Assembly: GCA_951406725.2 (NCBI GenBank)
Contig: OX597815.1
Coordinates: 47,368,001 to 47,432,000 of the forward strand
Length of the DNA: 64,000 nucleotides
Origin: Octopus vulgaris
Taxonomy: Eukaryota
Reading direction: 5' to 3'
Position numbers and translations under genes: made by a program. The stretch's first letter is position 1. Each line of letters starts with the position of its first letter. Of this stretch, positions 26,529 through 39,290 are shown in pieces. Under the pieces are notes generated by a model, which saw nothing but the letters and a program-made list of their open reading frames with translations, searched no databases and was not told the origin of the DNA.

Positions 26529-26742
26529 CGGTTTCAAAGTTTGTCACACGGCCAACAATTTTAGGGGGTTGGATTAGTCGATAACATTAACCCCAGTGTT
26601 TGACTGGTACTTATTTTATCGAGTTCAGAAAGATGACAAAGTCAACCTCAGCACAATTCGAACTCACAAGGAAAACCGGAAAAATGCCGCCAAGAAATCG
26701 AAAAGAACATCAGCGTATTAACGATTCTGCTAGCTCGCCGCC
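26529..26742 (-). mobile_element. SINE family A
   Basis: Ends gattctgctagctcgccgcc. Internal actggtacttattttatcg. Confidence 0.8.
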
Positions 26743-26747
26743 TAAAC

Positions 26748-26791
<44 letters not shown>

Positions 26792-26796
26792 CAGTT

Positions 26797-26850
<54 letters not shown>

Positions 26851-26851
26851 A

Positions 26852-27360
26852 ATGCCCTGATGCAATACCAAGCCGTGGCTCTCATGGCTTCTCATCTTAA
26901 CTGATTGGAAGTGTTATCATGTACATTGTTTTGTCTTGGTGTAAAAGCTCGGCTACAGCAAATGTTCTGCTCAATACCACGGATTTGCTTGACAGTTATT
27001 TGACCATAACCACTTGAGCATGTCTCATAATGGTTGACAATATGTGCATCTCTGATCACGAGCAGACGTAATGGGGAATTATTATAGCATCCTTAAATAA
27101 CCCTTATTCAGGGACCTTTTGAGCGGGATAGGTTACTCGACCAGAAGAAATTTCTAACTGGGCCCCACCTGCAAGGTCATGTGCTGTTTATCTTGATATG
27201 AGATCACCATGTCGCGCACATATGGTTGTGATGCATGTGCCTAGTGTACCCTTATCAGGCGGGTAGTCATGATGGGTATACTGGGCTTCGTATATTTTAC
27301 TCCAGTGTCACTTTGATGGCATGCACTGCTCTCTCACTCAATAATAACAATAATAATAAA
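26852..27360 (+). mobile_element. Unclassified interspersed retro-like repeat with (AAT)n tail
   Basis: Higher-complexity block between (TAG)n and an (AAT)n tail. No ORF. Classification is inference. Confidence 0.45.
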
Positions 27361-27793
27361 AATTATAATAGTTTTAAATCTCGGTTAGCCCATTATATCG
27401 TCCCAATTATTATTAATAATACTAAACGTTAAATAACTAAATACCCTGTAACAGACGTCACACTGTTGCCGCGGGAATTTGAGATTAGGATTAGAAAAAT
27501 ATGCCGACAAAAACTTGAAGAGAAGTGATTAAGAATAATACCATGGTGAATAAAGAAACAGATAAAAGTACCAAAATCAGACTTACAAATACCTAGAAAT
27601 TCATTTGCTATATTGAATAAAATTGTCGTAGTTCAGTTATACTGCGAGGCACCTTGAGCAAGAACCCTCTACTATAACCATGGGACGACCAAAGCCTTGT
27701 AATTACATAAAGTATTCTCAAATTTTTCTTGAGAAGATTGCTGCTGACGGTTGACCGGTCATGGTATGTAGGTGTGTTTTCGAACTTTGTGTA

Positions 27794-27877
27794 ACATCCT
27801 CATGAGGAGAGTGTCATGATTAGTAATATGAAATATATCATATTCCATGGCAAATCTCTGAAACGGCTCGTAGATGT
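27794..27877 (+). ncRNA. Type-I hammerhead, probably inactivated (G5C)
   Basis: ACAUC-CUCAUGA-GGAGA-G-UGUCAUG...CAUGGCA-AA-UCUCU-GAAA-CGGCUCG-UA-GAUGU. Perfect 5-bp stem I and long stem II. Confidence 0.7.
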
Positions 27878-28335
27878 GATCTCTATAGTTTTTCTTTCGT
27901 TGTTTTTAGTATGACTCTTCACTACTTAATCCTCTTGAGAAAAATTTTTAATATCATCATACTAAAGTATTATAATTTTAAATGAACTTACAAAAGAAAT
28001 TTTTTTTTTAATTCAATCGTGTTTTACGTATTACATCGACATTTGTCTATTTATGTATGTTTATGTATTCTAGAATTTTCATTTCCATTTTATAAAGAAT
28101 ATATATATTTATATAAGTTTCGAATGTGTATTTTAATCATGTTCTTTTAGACTCTGCATGTGTTGCCTCCATAAAAATATTATTTTGAATATAACTCACA
28201 ACGTGTACTACATCTTCCTATCTGTATATTATTGGAAGTTAGTGTTAAAATTAATAAGCTCTAAATAAACTGTCTGCATACGTGCATATATCTGTATGTA
28301 TACGTTCGTATATGTAAGTATTCATATGTTATATA

Positions 28336-28376
<41 letters not shown>

Positions 28377-28390
28377 TAATTTCTGCGTAT

Positions 28391-28448
28391 ATTCCACTGA
28401 TGAGGCAAAGCATTTCTTATGCAAAGTCAGAAATCCGGGATCTGGAAT
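28391..28448 (+). ncRNA. Type-I hammerhead ribozyme, intact core
   Basis: AUUCCA-CUGAUGA-GGC-AAA-GCAU-UUCUU-AUGC-AAA-GUC-A-GAAA-UCCGGGA-UC-UGGAAU. Stem I is 6 bp and there is one extra A before GAAA. The ~200-bp cassette (28375-28580) is flanked by (TA)n. Confidence 0.75.
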
Positions 28449-28578
28449 TATCCAGTGATTTTGTGGCAGTTTATTTTGACTTTTTGTCTTCTCTCCTGGT
28501 GCGGTATGAACATTTAATGTGGTTTTAGAGTCAGGTTTTTTGCTGCTATTTCCAGCGTGGCGGTATCTCTTAGATACT

Positions 28579-28628
<50 letters not shown>

Positions 28629-28783
28629 CGTACATATATACTTTAAAAGAAATCTGCAAAATATTCAAAGAACTGGTACTCAGAGTTTCACGTTCCCGTC
28701 CGTTGTTCAACGGACAGTTTTCATCAAATCTGTCCGCCAAACAGGTACGAATAATAGTTCTGTTAATATATTGCAGCGTTTAT

Positions 28784-28990
28784 GGTGGTAAGCTGGCAGA
28801 AACGTTAGCACACCGTGCGAACCGCTTTGCGGTATTTCGTCTGTCTTTAGGTTCTGGGATCAAATTCCGCCGAGTTCGACGTTGCCTTTTATCTTTTCGG
28901 GGTCGACAAATTAAGTGCCAGTTGTGCACTGGGGTCAATCTAGTTGACTATCCCCTTCCACCAAAATTTCGGACCTTCTGCCTTGAGTAT
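28784..28990 (+). mobile_element. SINE family A
   Basis: agctggcagaaacgttagcac..gatcaaattccgccgag..tttcggggtcgacaaattaagtgccag. Confidence 0.85.
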
Positions 28991-29048
28991 TACTTTTTCT
29001 TCCACATTGTTTTACACTCATATACTTAACTGTGTGTGTGTGTGTGTG

Positions 29049-29115
<67 letters not shown>

Positions 29116-29231
29116 CGTGATATAGGATGGAGTATTATGAGATATTGTACATTCTATCTTGTGTGTGTGCATATATATGAGCGTATATATATAGATATGA
29201 GTGTTTGGGTGTATGTATATATATATATATA

Positions 29232-30522
29232 CGAGGGGCGTTCAATAAGTAATGTCTCTGACCCACTTGCAGTTGTTTGATCTAGCTGAAATTTTGCGTG
29301 TGCTATTGTTTCTATCTCTATAGAGAAGGTGGCAAATTACAGCTCTGAACTAATTGGGGTTTCTGATTTACAGGTGTTTGAACTGAGTCAAGTGTGAAAT
29401 GGAGCCTGTTGAGTGTCGAGTAGTGATCTGGTTTTTGTATTTGAAAGGACGCACACCACGGGAGACTTTTGATGAAATGAAAGTAACTTATGGTAATGAT
29501 GCCCCATCATATGACCTTGTAAAACGCTGGCATCGTGAATTCAAACATGGTCGGAACTCGGTGGAAACAGCTCCCAGATCTGGTCGCCCCACTTCTGCAA
29601 TTGATGAAGCATCTGTCCGTCAAGTTGAGGCTGCCAGTTTGGAAGATCGACGAATAACTATTCGCCAAATAGCCCACGAGGTCAAGATTAGTACCGGGTC
29701 TGTGGAAACTATCATTCATGACCATTTGCATATGCAAAAGGTCTCTACCAGATGGATTCCCAGGTTGCTCACACCTTTCCAGAAGCAAGAACGCGTCGAG
29801 TGCTCGAGGACGAATTTGGAGATATGCCAAGAAGATGAGTCAAAATTTTTCAAAAGACTGATTAGATAGGATGAAACCTGGGTCCATCACTATGATCCAG
29901 AGACCAAAGCCCAGTCAATGCAGTGGAAGCACCGTGACTCACCTCCTCCAAAGAAGACAAGGGTGCAGCCCTCCGCTGGCAAGGTCATGCTCACAGTCTT
30001 CTGAGACCAGGACGGAGTATTGATAACAGATTTCCTGGCAAAGGATACCACAATTACAGGAGCCTATTATGCTTCACTTTTGAGGAAATTAAGAGAAACT
30101 ATCAAAATCAAGAGGCGGGGCAAGATCAGCAAAGGCATCCTCCTCCTGCAGGACAACGCTCCGGTCCACAACTCGCTTGTCGCCAGATCAGAAGCACAGG
30201 CATGCGGCTATGAACTCCTCCCCCATCCCCCTACTCTTCTGACCTTGCACCCTCTGATTTTCACCTCTTCCCAACCATGAAGTTGTTTTTGAAAGGAAAG
30301 CGTTTCCCAGGTGATGCAGCCTTGATTTCTGAAGTCACGTCGTGGTTGGAGGACCAAGCTGGGTCTTCTAAAAAAACGGTCTCCAGAGCTGTTTCAAACG
30401 ATGGGAGAAATGCGTAACTCTGGGTGGTTCCTATGTAGAGAAAGACTAATAACTGTGCAAAGTTTCCTTGCTCTACTGCTATGGGAAGTGGGTCAGGGGC
30501 ATTACTTATTGAACGCCCCTCG
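29232..30522 (+). mobile_element. Full-length mariner transposon (~1.29 kb)
   Basis: ~37-bp TIRs (CGAGGGGCGTTCAATAAGTAATG..., 2 mismatches) and TA TSD at 29230-29231 and 30523-30524. Confidence 0.97.
29399..30449 (+). pseudogene. Mariner D,D34D transposase pseudogene (irritans-like)
   Basis: WIPRLLT, DETW, QDNA and YSSDLAPSD motifs with 34 residues between D2 and D3. Stops at 29867 and 30002, frameshifts near 30230 and 30363. Confidence 0.95.
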
Positions 30523-31156
30523 TATATACGCACACATAGCTGAGTGTGTGTGTATGTGTATACATATATAGAAATGGTGTTGACTTGAATTATACGGTAA
30601 TACGTCACGGTGTATACTTTATTATGCGCTTTATCAAACATTCAATTAACGATGTTTGATATATAAAAGGATTGCAACATAACATCTTGTAGTGTGATAT
30701 TATATATCGTAGTACATGTGGTGTCGTAACCCAATATAGGTGCATTATATAGGGAATAGCATTGTTTACCAGACTATAGTTGAAAACAATATGATGATAC
30801 GATGATTTCGTATAATATCGCATCACTGTGTCCTAACATTAAGAATTATATTCCCTAAATACATTAAAAACGCATCATGAGTACGACGCATTTCTTCTAC
30901 AGTAAATTTACAATGAAATAATTCATAATAAGCCAACGTTGCCAATATAGTTATATTATAGGAAACATATTAGCTTATCTTTGAGATTTATATTGCGAAT
31001 CGATGATATATATTTAGATGGTATCACTAAATTTAATTCATTGTTTTTTAGGGGTTTTTTTTTGTTTTCATAATTTCTTTTTCTGAAAGTATGATGGTAG
31101 AAAAATATTTCAATAAAATATAAAAATATAATGTTTGCAGTTAAAGCACACACTCA

Positions 31157-31191
<35 letters not shown>

Positions 31192-31794
31192 TCTCTCTCA
31201 CACACTCACACACACACACACACACACACAGATATGCATGCACACACGGACATACATACAAAAATACATACATACGTACACACATATATATATGTACACC
31301 TATATGCATACACACACACATACACACAATTATATATATGAATTTTTTTTGAAATATTGTTTTTATTGAAAGCATTTTAGACAGTTCATGGCGATGAAGT
31401 ATGTAATGGAGATTTTGATGGCGTTGAGTCTTCTGGTGCTGATGGTAGAAGTAATGGTGGAAGTAGTGGAGACAGGGTGGCAGTGAGAATAGTGATGATA
31501 CTGCTTGTTATCTAATTTTAATTTTTTTTTTCGTGCATGCATTTTTTTTTGTTATGTTTATGAACACTATAAATTTTTCTTTCAGATTCCTTCATGAGGA
31601 GAATGAACATTAATTTCTATTTTCAGAAAAAGTGCATACCTCGTACATAAATACATACATACATAAATACATACATACATACATACATACATATATGCAT
31701 GTATGCATACATACATACATACATACATACATACATACATACACACAAACATACATATATATCAGTTGGTGTTTGTGTACGTATGCATATAAGC

Positions 31795-31837
<43 letters not shown>

Positions 31838-31917
31838 ATATATGCATACATACATACATATATGTACGTATGTACATCTACATGTATATATACATGCATA
31901 TATAAATATATATATGT

Positions 31918-33040
31918 GAGTACAGGACACCACAAATAGACGTAGAACTCAACGAGAAACGAAAACATAAAAACAAACATGGAAACGGACTTTTTTTAAC
32001 AACGAAAAAACAGAGTACAAGACAAACAATATATATATAATGATATATATAATGATATAAATAATATATAAATATACGCATATATATATAGATATATGTA
32101 TTAAAATACATATATATATATATATATATATGCATATATACATGTATATATGGGTACAGCTCATTAAAAAAATCGTCAACAAAATGAGAACGAGAACATA
32201 AAAAACAAAAACATAGAAAACGAACTTTTTTCGAACAACGAAAGAAACAAACAGAGAAAGGAGACAGGCAATATAAAGAACATTCCTTTCATCAGTTGTC
32301 CGCTGTTTTATCTACACAATGTTTCGAAGGTAGGGAAAAGACGCGACTTCGTTAAAACAGTCCTTACCGCAAAGCAAATTAAATAAAATTCGGAATTTTT
32401 GCGAAGGGTTAAAGTGGAAACAAAAACAGGACAGTAAAACAAAACAGTGAAAACATACGGTGAGGACCGTTAAGCCAAGACGATGTGAAGTGGTGAACGC
32501 TGGAAAACGATCTTTGAGAAGAGACAGGCAAAAAGACGTTTAGTCTTTAGGAAAGAAGTGGAAGAAAGGAACATGGATAGCCGTTGGTCACGTTTGAGCA
32601 ACGAGAGCGTCAAGGAGGAAGAGTGAGAGGAGAGGAAAAGAATAGGGAAGGGTGGGAGAGTAAAACAGAAAGGAAGAAGACCAAGAGAAGGAGGTACATA
32701 GAAAGAATAGAGAGAGAGAGAGTGCGCATCGGATTTGTAAAGATAAAACTTACTTGAAAATTGATGCGTGGTGTTCAATCATATTATAATATAAATAATA
32801 TATAAATATATGCACATATACATATATATATACATGCATGCATATATGGGTACAGGACATGAAAAAACGTCAACAAAATGAAAAACAACAACATAAAAAA
32901 CTAAAACATAGAAAACGAACTTTTTTCGGATAGCGAAAGAAACAAACAGAGAAGCGAATGGGAATGTTCTTTATAATGCTTGTCTCATTTTGTTGACGTT
33001 ATTTTGATGTCCTGTACTCATATATGCATGTATATATATA
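31918..33040 (-). mobile_element. Cluster of related cassettes, probable PLE pLTR/3'-end family
   Basis: GGGTACAG(GAC)A..CGTCAACAAAATGA.. starts at ~31918, 32152 and 32848, each after a TA-rich tract. The third copy folds back (32825-32881 vs 32985-33040). Confidence 0.5.
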
Positions 33041-33141
33041 CATATATATGTAGGTATGTACATATATGTATGTATATATGCATATATTTATATACTATAT
33101 ATATATTATTATATGATTGAACGCCAGGCATCCATTTTCAA

Positions 33142-33200
<59 letters not shown>

Positions 33201-33235
33201 TACATATATATATATACATATATATATATACATAT

Positions 33236-33315
<80 letters not shown>

Positions 33316-33451
33316 TTGTATATATACGTGTATATTAGTTGTTTTGACTCTTAGTTCTAGTAATGCTGGTACTGACTAGCACCCTCCGTCAGTTTAGTGA
33401 CGACTACAGTTATTACCTTTCGATTTTAAATAATTTATATAATATATATAT

Positions 33452-33595
33452 AGGAGTGGTTCTTTGGTAAGAAGCTAGTTTTCCAACCACACGGTTCTAG
33501 ATTCAGTCCCACTGTGTAGCACGCTGGGCCAATGTCTTCTACTATACGGTTGGGCCGACCAAAGGCTTGTGAGTGGATTTAGTAGACGGAATCTG
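33452..33595 (+). mobile_element. SINE family B, 5' part
   Basis: ggagtggttctttggtaagaagc..ttcagtcccactg..aatgtcttctactata..gtgagtggatttagtagacggaa. Confidence 0.8.
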
Positions 33596-33755
33596 TCATA
33601 TACGTACATATACATACATACACATACACATACACACACATATATATATATGCACACAGGCACACACATACAGACACATGTTTATGTACACTTATGCCTA
33701 CATATACTATACATATACGCACATGCAAGCATATACACACGCACACACACACACT

Positions 33756-33794
<39 letters not shown>

Positions 33795-33797
33795 AAA

Positions 33798-33921
33798 GAT
33801 CGTGTGTAAGGTCAGAACAATACCAAGTAAATGCAAGGCAAATGACAAGAAAACAAACATGCTTGTTCTTTTGTGATTTGCCTTGCATTTACTTCGCATT
33901 GTTCTGGCCTTACCCACGATC
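33798..33921. repeat. ~124-nt near-perfect hairpin
   Basis: ~59-nt arms (gatcgtgtgtaaggtcagaacaat..aaatgcaaggcaaat vs atttgccttgcattt..attgttctggccttacccacgatc) with a 6-nt loop, inside (TA)n. Confidence 0.85.
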
Positions 33922-33965
33922 ATTAATACAATATTTACTACACAATGCTTCATAATAATGATTCC

Positions 33966-34035
<70 letters not shown>

Positions 34036-34040
34036 ATATA

Positions 34041-34076
<36 letters not shown>

Positions 34077-34149
34077 TGTATGTATGTATGTATGTATGTA
34101 TGTATGTATGTATGTATGCATGCATGTATGTATGTATGTATAAATCTTT

Positions 34150-35150
34150 AGTATTTATTATTCTATTTGCATATTCTTCATATGAGACCTGAATTCGCTA
34201 TACGGCAATGGGTCCATAAATGTCGTAAGTGTACTGAAGTATTTATTTCGTTCATAGCCATGTCTGTTGAAGTGCGAAAATATACTGGAGATAGTATACT
34301 GCCCTGACGCCCTACAGCTGCAATTCTGAATGAATTTGATATCATTGTTTTGATGATACAAAGATGTTCGGAGAATCTTATCAAATTTTGCACTGTTTCT
34401 GAGAGTTTGTGAATCAACACTATCATAAACAGAGCAAAACTGTGACATGAGAATCAAATGATCTTGTTAGTTTTTGTTTCATTTATTGTGTTTGAGTTGA
34501 AATATTTTTTCTAGTCATGAAAGTCTTGGCACTAGTACTACTTGCTTTCATGCACTAGTTCATCTGTTGAATATAGAATTCTGTTTATGATAATATTGCA
34601 ATATAGCATTCTAATACTGAGAGGTGAGCAATACTATTTCAATTATTGTTGTTGCTCTTATCCTCAAAAGCTAGTCGATAAAAGAGTAACTAAATTGCAC
34701 AACCTCTACGACTTCACAACAGTGTTTTCTCTCCCCCTGTATATCTATCGGTTACAACCATTAAATTTTTCCTTCGTAGAACTCCAAAACATTCTCCTCG
34801 CTCTACTTCCTCCTATACCTAACAGCTCTCAGAATTTCAAGACGAACAGTAGCTGCATTGACTTCAACTGTCTAGTGGGTATTACTTCTATAGGAACTGC
34901 CTTTGAGGTCAATGGAAAAATTTCAACTTAGATTTTGTCTATTTGTTTGCAGACATAAACCACATTCATTGGTCGTAATAACGGTTCTACACCCCAAAAC
35001 CTTGTGTTAAGAATGTACAACGTTCTTATGAAACACACCCAATCACTGGGTTCTTGAAAAGCTTCGTATATTATCCGTCATTTAAACTTCAAATAAACTA
35101 CCAATTTCAGCTCTATCAGATCGGCGTGTTTGTCTAATATAAATCCTTTT
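34150..35150 (-). mobile_element. Degraded non-LTR retrotransposon RT (RTE-like)
   Basis: FCSVYDSVD (motif-A-like) and SNSFRIAAVGRQGSILSPVYF (motif B) in adjacent frames, with upstream frame-broken RT domain 0-2 resemblance. Confidence 0.7.
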
Positions 35151-36420
35151 GGAGCAACCTTGGTTTGTGTTCAGTTTCTATAAGTATCATCTGATTGTTG
35201 AAAGGGTTCAACACTGAAGCTACCAGTGATTAATGTATGTGTCTCTCAATTATCTTTTTATTACGGAAACAATCTAGAGATGAGAAACTTGAAAACTACC
35301 AGCATTTATCCTATGGATTTGGGTTGTAGTTATAGTAGTTATTCGTTACTAAGATGCATTGCTGGAAAGAAGTAATACTACCATACTAATCCGTCTGCAG
35401 ATTAGAATATTTTGTTTGTTGGTTCACGCCTCCTAATCATTGGTATTATATCTAAGACATGTTCTACAATTCGCCACCTGTGGACGAGCTAGATGCAGAA
35501 GAGTCGACCCACCCACCAGAAACAAGGCATTGACGTCACAATGTTCACAGCCTATCAGCAACAAATGTGCGATGTTTGTTTTCGTATGTGAAAACATAGA
35601 TGAGTTTGTGTACTGTGAAGTATATGCACTTGTTCATTATGTATACTTATCTATAGTATAGACGTCTGTTTGGTTATATAGCGGAAAGATTTGTTTTTCC
35701 AACAACCTAAAGTTTCTAGTTTCTACTTAACTTTACAAAGAGGAATAACAATATATCTCAATTAGTAAGGAATTCGTAGCAGCATCCAAGTTCTTTATCT
35801 CTTCCAATACAAACACATCAAAGACGTATCGACCATAAATTTGTAACAAACCATATGTATTTTGCTAAAGTCATCATCTTCTATTTTTTTTATATATATA
35901 TTTTCCATTATATTACTTTCCCAGGTGTACGGACTTAAATCTTACTTATATTTGATTGTTTAGTTGAAAATTTTTGCTGCATTTTTGCTCCTCTGGTGTT
36001 ATGTTTGTTAATGTTTATCTGCTTGATGTATTTATTGTGAATTTCTTGTATCGCTGTTGCTTCCATTTCTTTTTTTAAACGCGTGTACGTCTTAGAGATT
36101 TCTTTTTAAATCAAAAACATTTAAAACATTTTGGAATTAAGAAAAAACAATCGTCTTTCTTTAATACATTTTTCAATTGTTTATTGGTAATGAATCATAT
36201 ACGTGGCTAGACAGTTCATTATTTATTTTCTTGCATATTAAATTTTCCAAAACAGCATTCATTAAAAAAATGTTTTAATAATTTTGTTTAACTTTAATTT
36301 TCATTTCATAGGTGGGACGAAAAAAGATTTTCAATTGATTATTCGATAGCAATTATCTTTTTCAAGCGATTATATAACAACATATTTATGGTAATCACTT
36401 CGAGAGGAACGGCAGGGACA

Positions 36421-36590
<170 letters not shown>

Positions 36591-36666
36591 CTACCATTAG
36601 GGTAATAAATGAAAATAAAATTATATACATATATATATATAATATAAATAATATATAAATATATGC

Positions 36667-36697
<31 letters not shown>

Positions 36698-36709
36698 CAT
36701 ACCTACATA

Positions 36710-36742
<33 letters not shown>

Positions 36743-36869
36743 GCATATATGGGTACAGGACATAAAAACCAACGTGCTTATATCTGTCCCTTCTCAAAGC
36801 TCGTTTTTCAGAGTTCATAAACTTCACATCGTCTTGGCTTAACAACCCTCACCGTTTGGTTTTACTGTA

Positions 36870-37105
36870 TTTTTATACAACGTGAAGAATTCTATTGCTA
36901 AGTTAATATAAAAATTTCAAATTTCCCGGCCAAATTAGTTTAAGACCGTATCATAACTAATATGTATTTCGTTCTTGTTGGTCATTTTTGCTACAATCTT
37001 AAGCTTTAAGTAAAACTATTATGATAAGGTCTTAAACTAATCTTGCCGGTAAATTTGAATCGTTTATATTAATTTAGCATTAAAATTCTTGAAGTTGTAT
37101 AAAAG
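36870..37105. mobile_element. MITE with ~88-bp TIRs, TA flanks
   Basis: 36870-36957 is inverted at 37019-37105. TA at 36868-36869 and 37106-37107. Confidence 0.8.
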
Positions 37106-37256
37106 TAGTTATTGTCTGCATCATTCGAAAGAGAAATAAATTCTGCATAAGGTGTAAAAGATAAAAATAATTTGTAAGGAGTTAGTAACAAAATATTTTT
37201 TAAGAAGTAGAACTTTTATCACCGGCCTTAAATTTATTTTCGCCAGTGTATATATG

Positions 37257-37300
<44 letters not shown>

Positions 37301-37320
37301 TATATAATATAATATAATAT

Positions 37321-37452
37321 AGGGAGAATTCACAAAAAAAGACGAAGACAGGTGGTGCAGACAAAAAACAGATGTATTAGTTTAACGCTCGGTAAGTGAA
37401 AAAGTCTTTAACGTTTCGAACCTACGCTCTTCCACAGAAAGGAACACAGAAA
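37321..37452 (-). mobile_element. HHR-bearing cassette, family H1 (A6U variant)
   Basis: Minus strand CUUU-CUGUGGA-A-GAGC-GUAG-GUUC-GAAA-CG-UU-AAAG (37406-37441). Homologous to 5810-5930 and flanked by (TA)n. Confidence 0.6.
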
Positions 37453-37825
37453 CGATATATATATATATATATACAATGGCATTATATTAACAAAGTACAC
37501 TGCAAATATTCTTACTAATGTTTAGTAAACGAACCGTCACGTAAACAAATTCAGAACATTAGAGTTCGCCGGTTAAATATACTAAAACACGGAGTAAAAG
37601 CAACCGTTCTGATCATTTTGGCCGCCATGGGTTTTGCAGTAAATCACTAAATCATCCATAACTTTTGTATTATCCTCTCAAATTACACCAAAATCTCAGA
37701 CAATTACAATTAATATTGTATTTATTGTCTGTGAAAATTATAAGATATAAAACTACTTTGATAAAAACTTATAATTACTTTTCTGACGAAAACAATGCCG
37801 TTTTGAACATTTTGGCCGCAACAGG

Positions 37826-38115
37826 TATATATAATTCAGAATGTGTATCTATCTGTCTGTCTGTATGTGTGCATCACTAAAACTCGAGAACTACCCAACC
37901 GACTTCATTCAAATTTAACACATGCCTTACATAGGGTCCATGGAGTATCAAGGGCCAAAAAGAATTCAACTTCATACCCAATGCGAGCCCGGAGCAATCT
38001 CTTATCCCTTACACTGTTTCGGTATTACGTGTCAAATCAAACAATAACATCTCTATTATAATGTGATATAATACTTTTACTATTATATGGTTTCAATTTC
38101 AATTTCTTTCACTTA
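37826..38115 (+). mobile_element. Helitron-like element, 5' part
   Basis: Homologous to the reverse complement of 7830-8100 (ctaaaactcgagaactac..ttcaaatttaacacatgccttac). Confidence 0.6.
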
Positions 38116-38201
<86 letters not shown>

Positions 38202-38664
38202 CACTATGTATTTATATACATGTTTGTACATTGAATATATGTGTATGCACGGATGGATGTTTTGGTAATGAAATAGTTTTGCAACGATTTGGATTCAGGT
38301 TCGAGGCCATTGAATGGCATTTTTGGTGTTTTCTACTACCATAGCCTAGGCCTGATTAATACGTTGCGAATAAAACTGGCGGTTGTTCGCCCGTCGCATG
38401 TATGTTTGTATATTTCTGTGTATGTATATGCAGTAATGCCTCGATATGCGAGTCAATTTGTTCCTGGACACCGCTCGTAAAGCGAAATCTTGTAAAGGGG
38501 AGCAATAATTTTCCATAGTAGCAATGTTATAAATCGTAATTCGTTCCTATGAAAATATCTTACCAATAAAGATCATAATATTCGTAAATAGATGGCAATA
38601 AAACAACAGTAGAATGTAAAGAATATTTTATGTAAAATAAAAAGAATGCCAAGATCATTTATAT

Positions 38665-38896
38665 ATTTCTTTACTGTCCACAAGGGGCTAAGCACAGAGG
38701 GGACGAACAAGGACAAACAAAGGGACTAAGTCGATGACATCGACCCCCAGTGCGAAACTGGTACTTTATTTATCGTCCCTGAAAGGATGAAAGGCAAAGT
38801 CGACCTCGGTGGAATTTGAACTCAGAACGGAACGACAGCCGAAATACTGTTAAGCATTTCGCCCGGCGCGCTAACGTTTCTGCCAGCTCGCCGCCT
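38665..38896 (-). mobile_element. SINE family A with TSD
   Basis: Full-length copy. Perfect 19-bp direct repeat AATGCCAAGATCATTTATA at 38645-38663 and 38906-38924. Confidence 0.92.
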
Positions 38897-38932
38897 TTAT
38901 CATTAAATGCCAAGATCATTTATAATCATTAT

Positions 38933-39290
38933 TGTTGTATTTCGGAATGGTCTTTCTTTTTTTGTTTATTTTGTCAAATAAACACACGCACTATACATTT
39001 GTTCTTCACTCGTTTAGTACTGCTCTTATTTTTTTTTAAACTCATATCCATTGTTCGGAAATCTTTCGTCACACATCTGTGATCTCACACATCTGTGATC
39101 TCTTCAACGACACTTGTCGTGTGCGTGTGTGCTCTTGCACCAATTACTCCGGTCACAGAATGTGACAGAAGGTTTCCGGACAATGGGCATGAGATAAAAA
39201 ATAAAAAGAAAGGAATATTAATAAACGAGTAAAAAACAAATATGTGTGTTTATTTAGCAAAACAAAAAGACCCTCCTGAAATATGACAAT
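38933..39290. mobile_element. Foldback/MITE with ~150-bp degenerate arms
   Basis: 38933-39085 is inverted at 39150-39290 (ccattgttcggaaatctt..gtcaca vs tgtgacagaaggtttccggacaatgg). Confidence 0.7.

Noticed and set aside
26275-26584. Gly-rich, Pro-rich and His-rich ORFs
   Set aside because: They come from a (GGT)n repeat next to a SINE, with no splice or homology evidence.
31585-31645. Mariner-like terminal sequence ending CCTCGTA
   Set aside because: Too short, with no partner TIR or transposase sequence.
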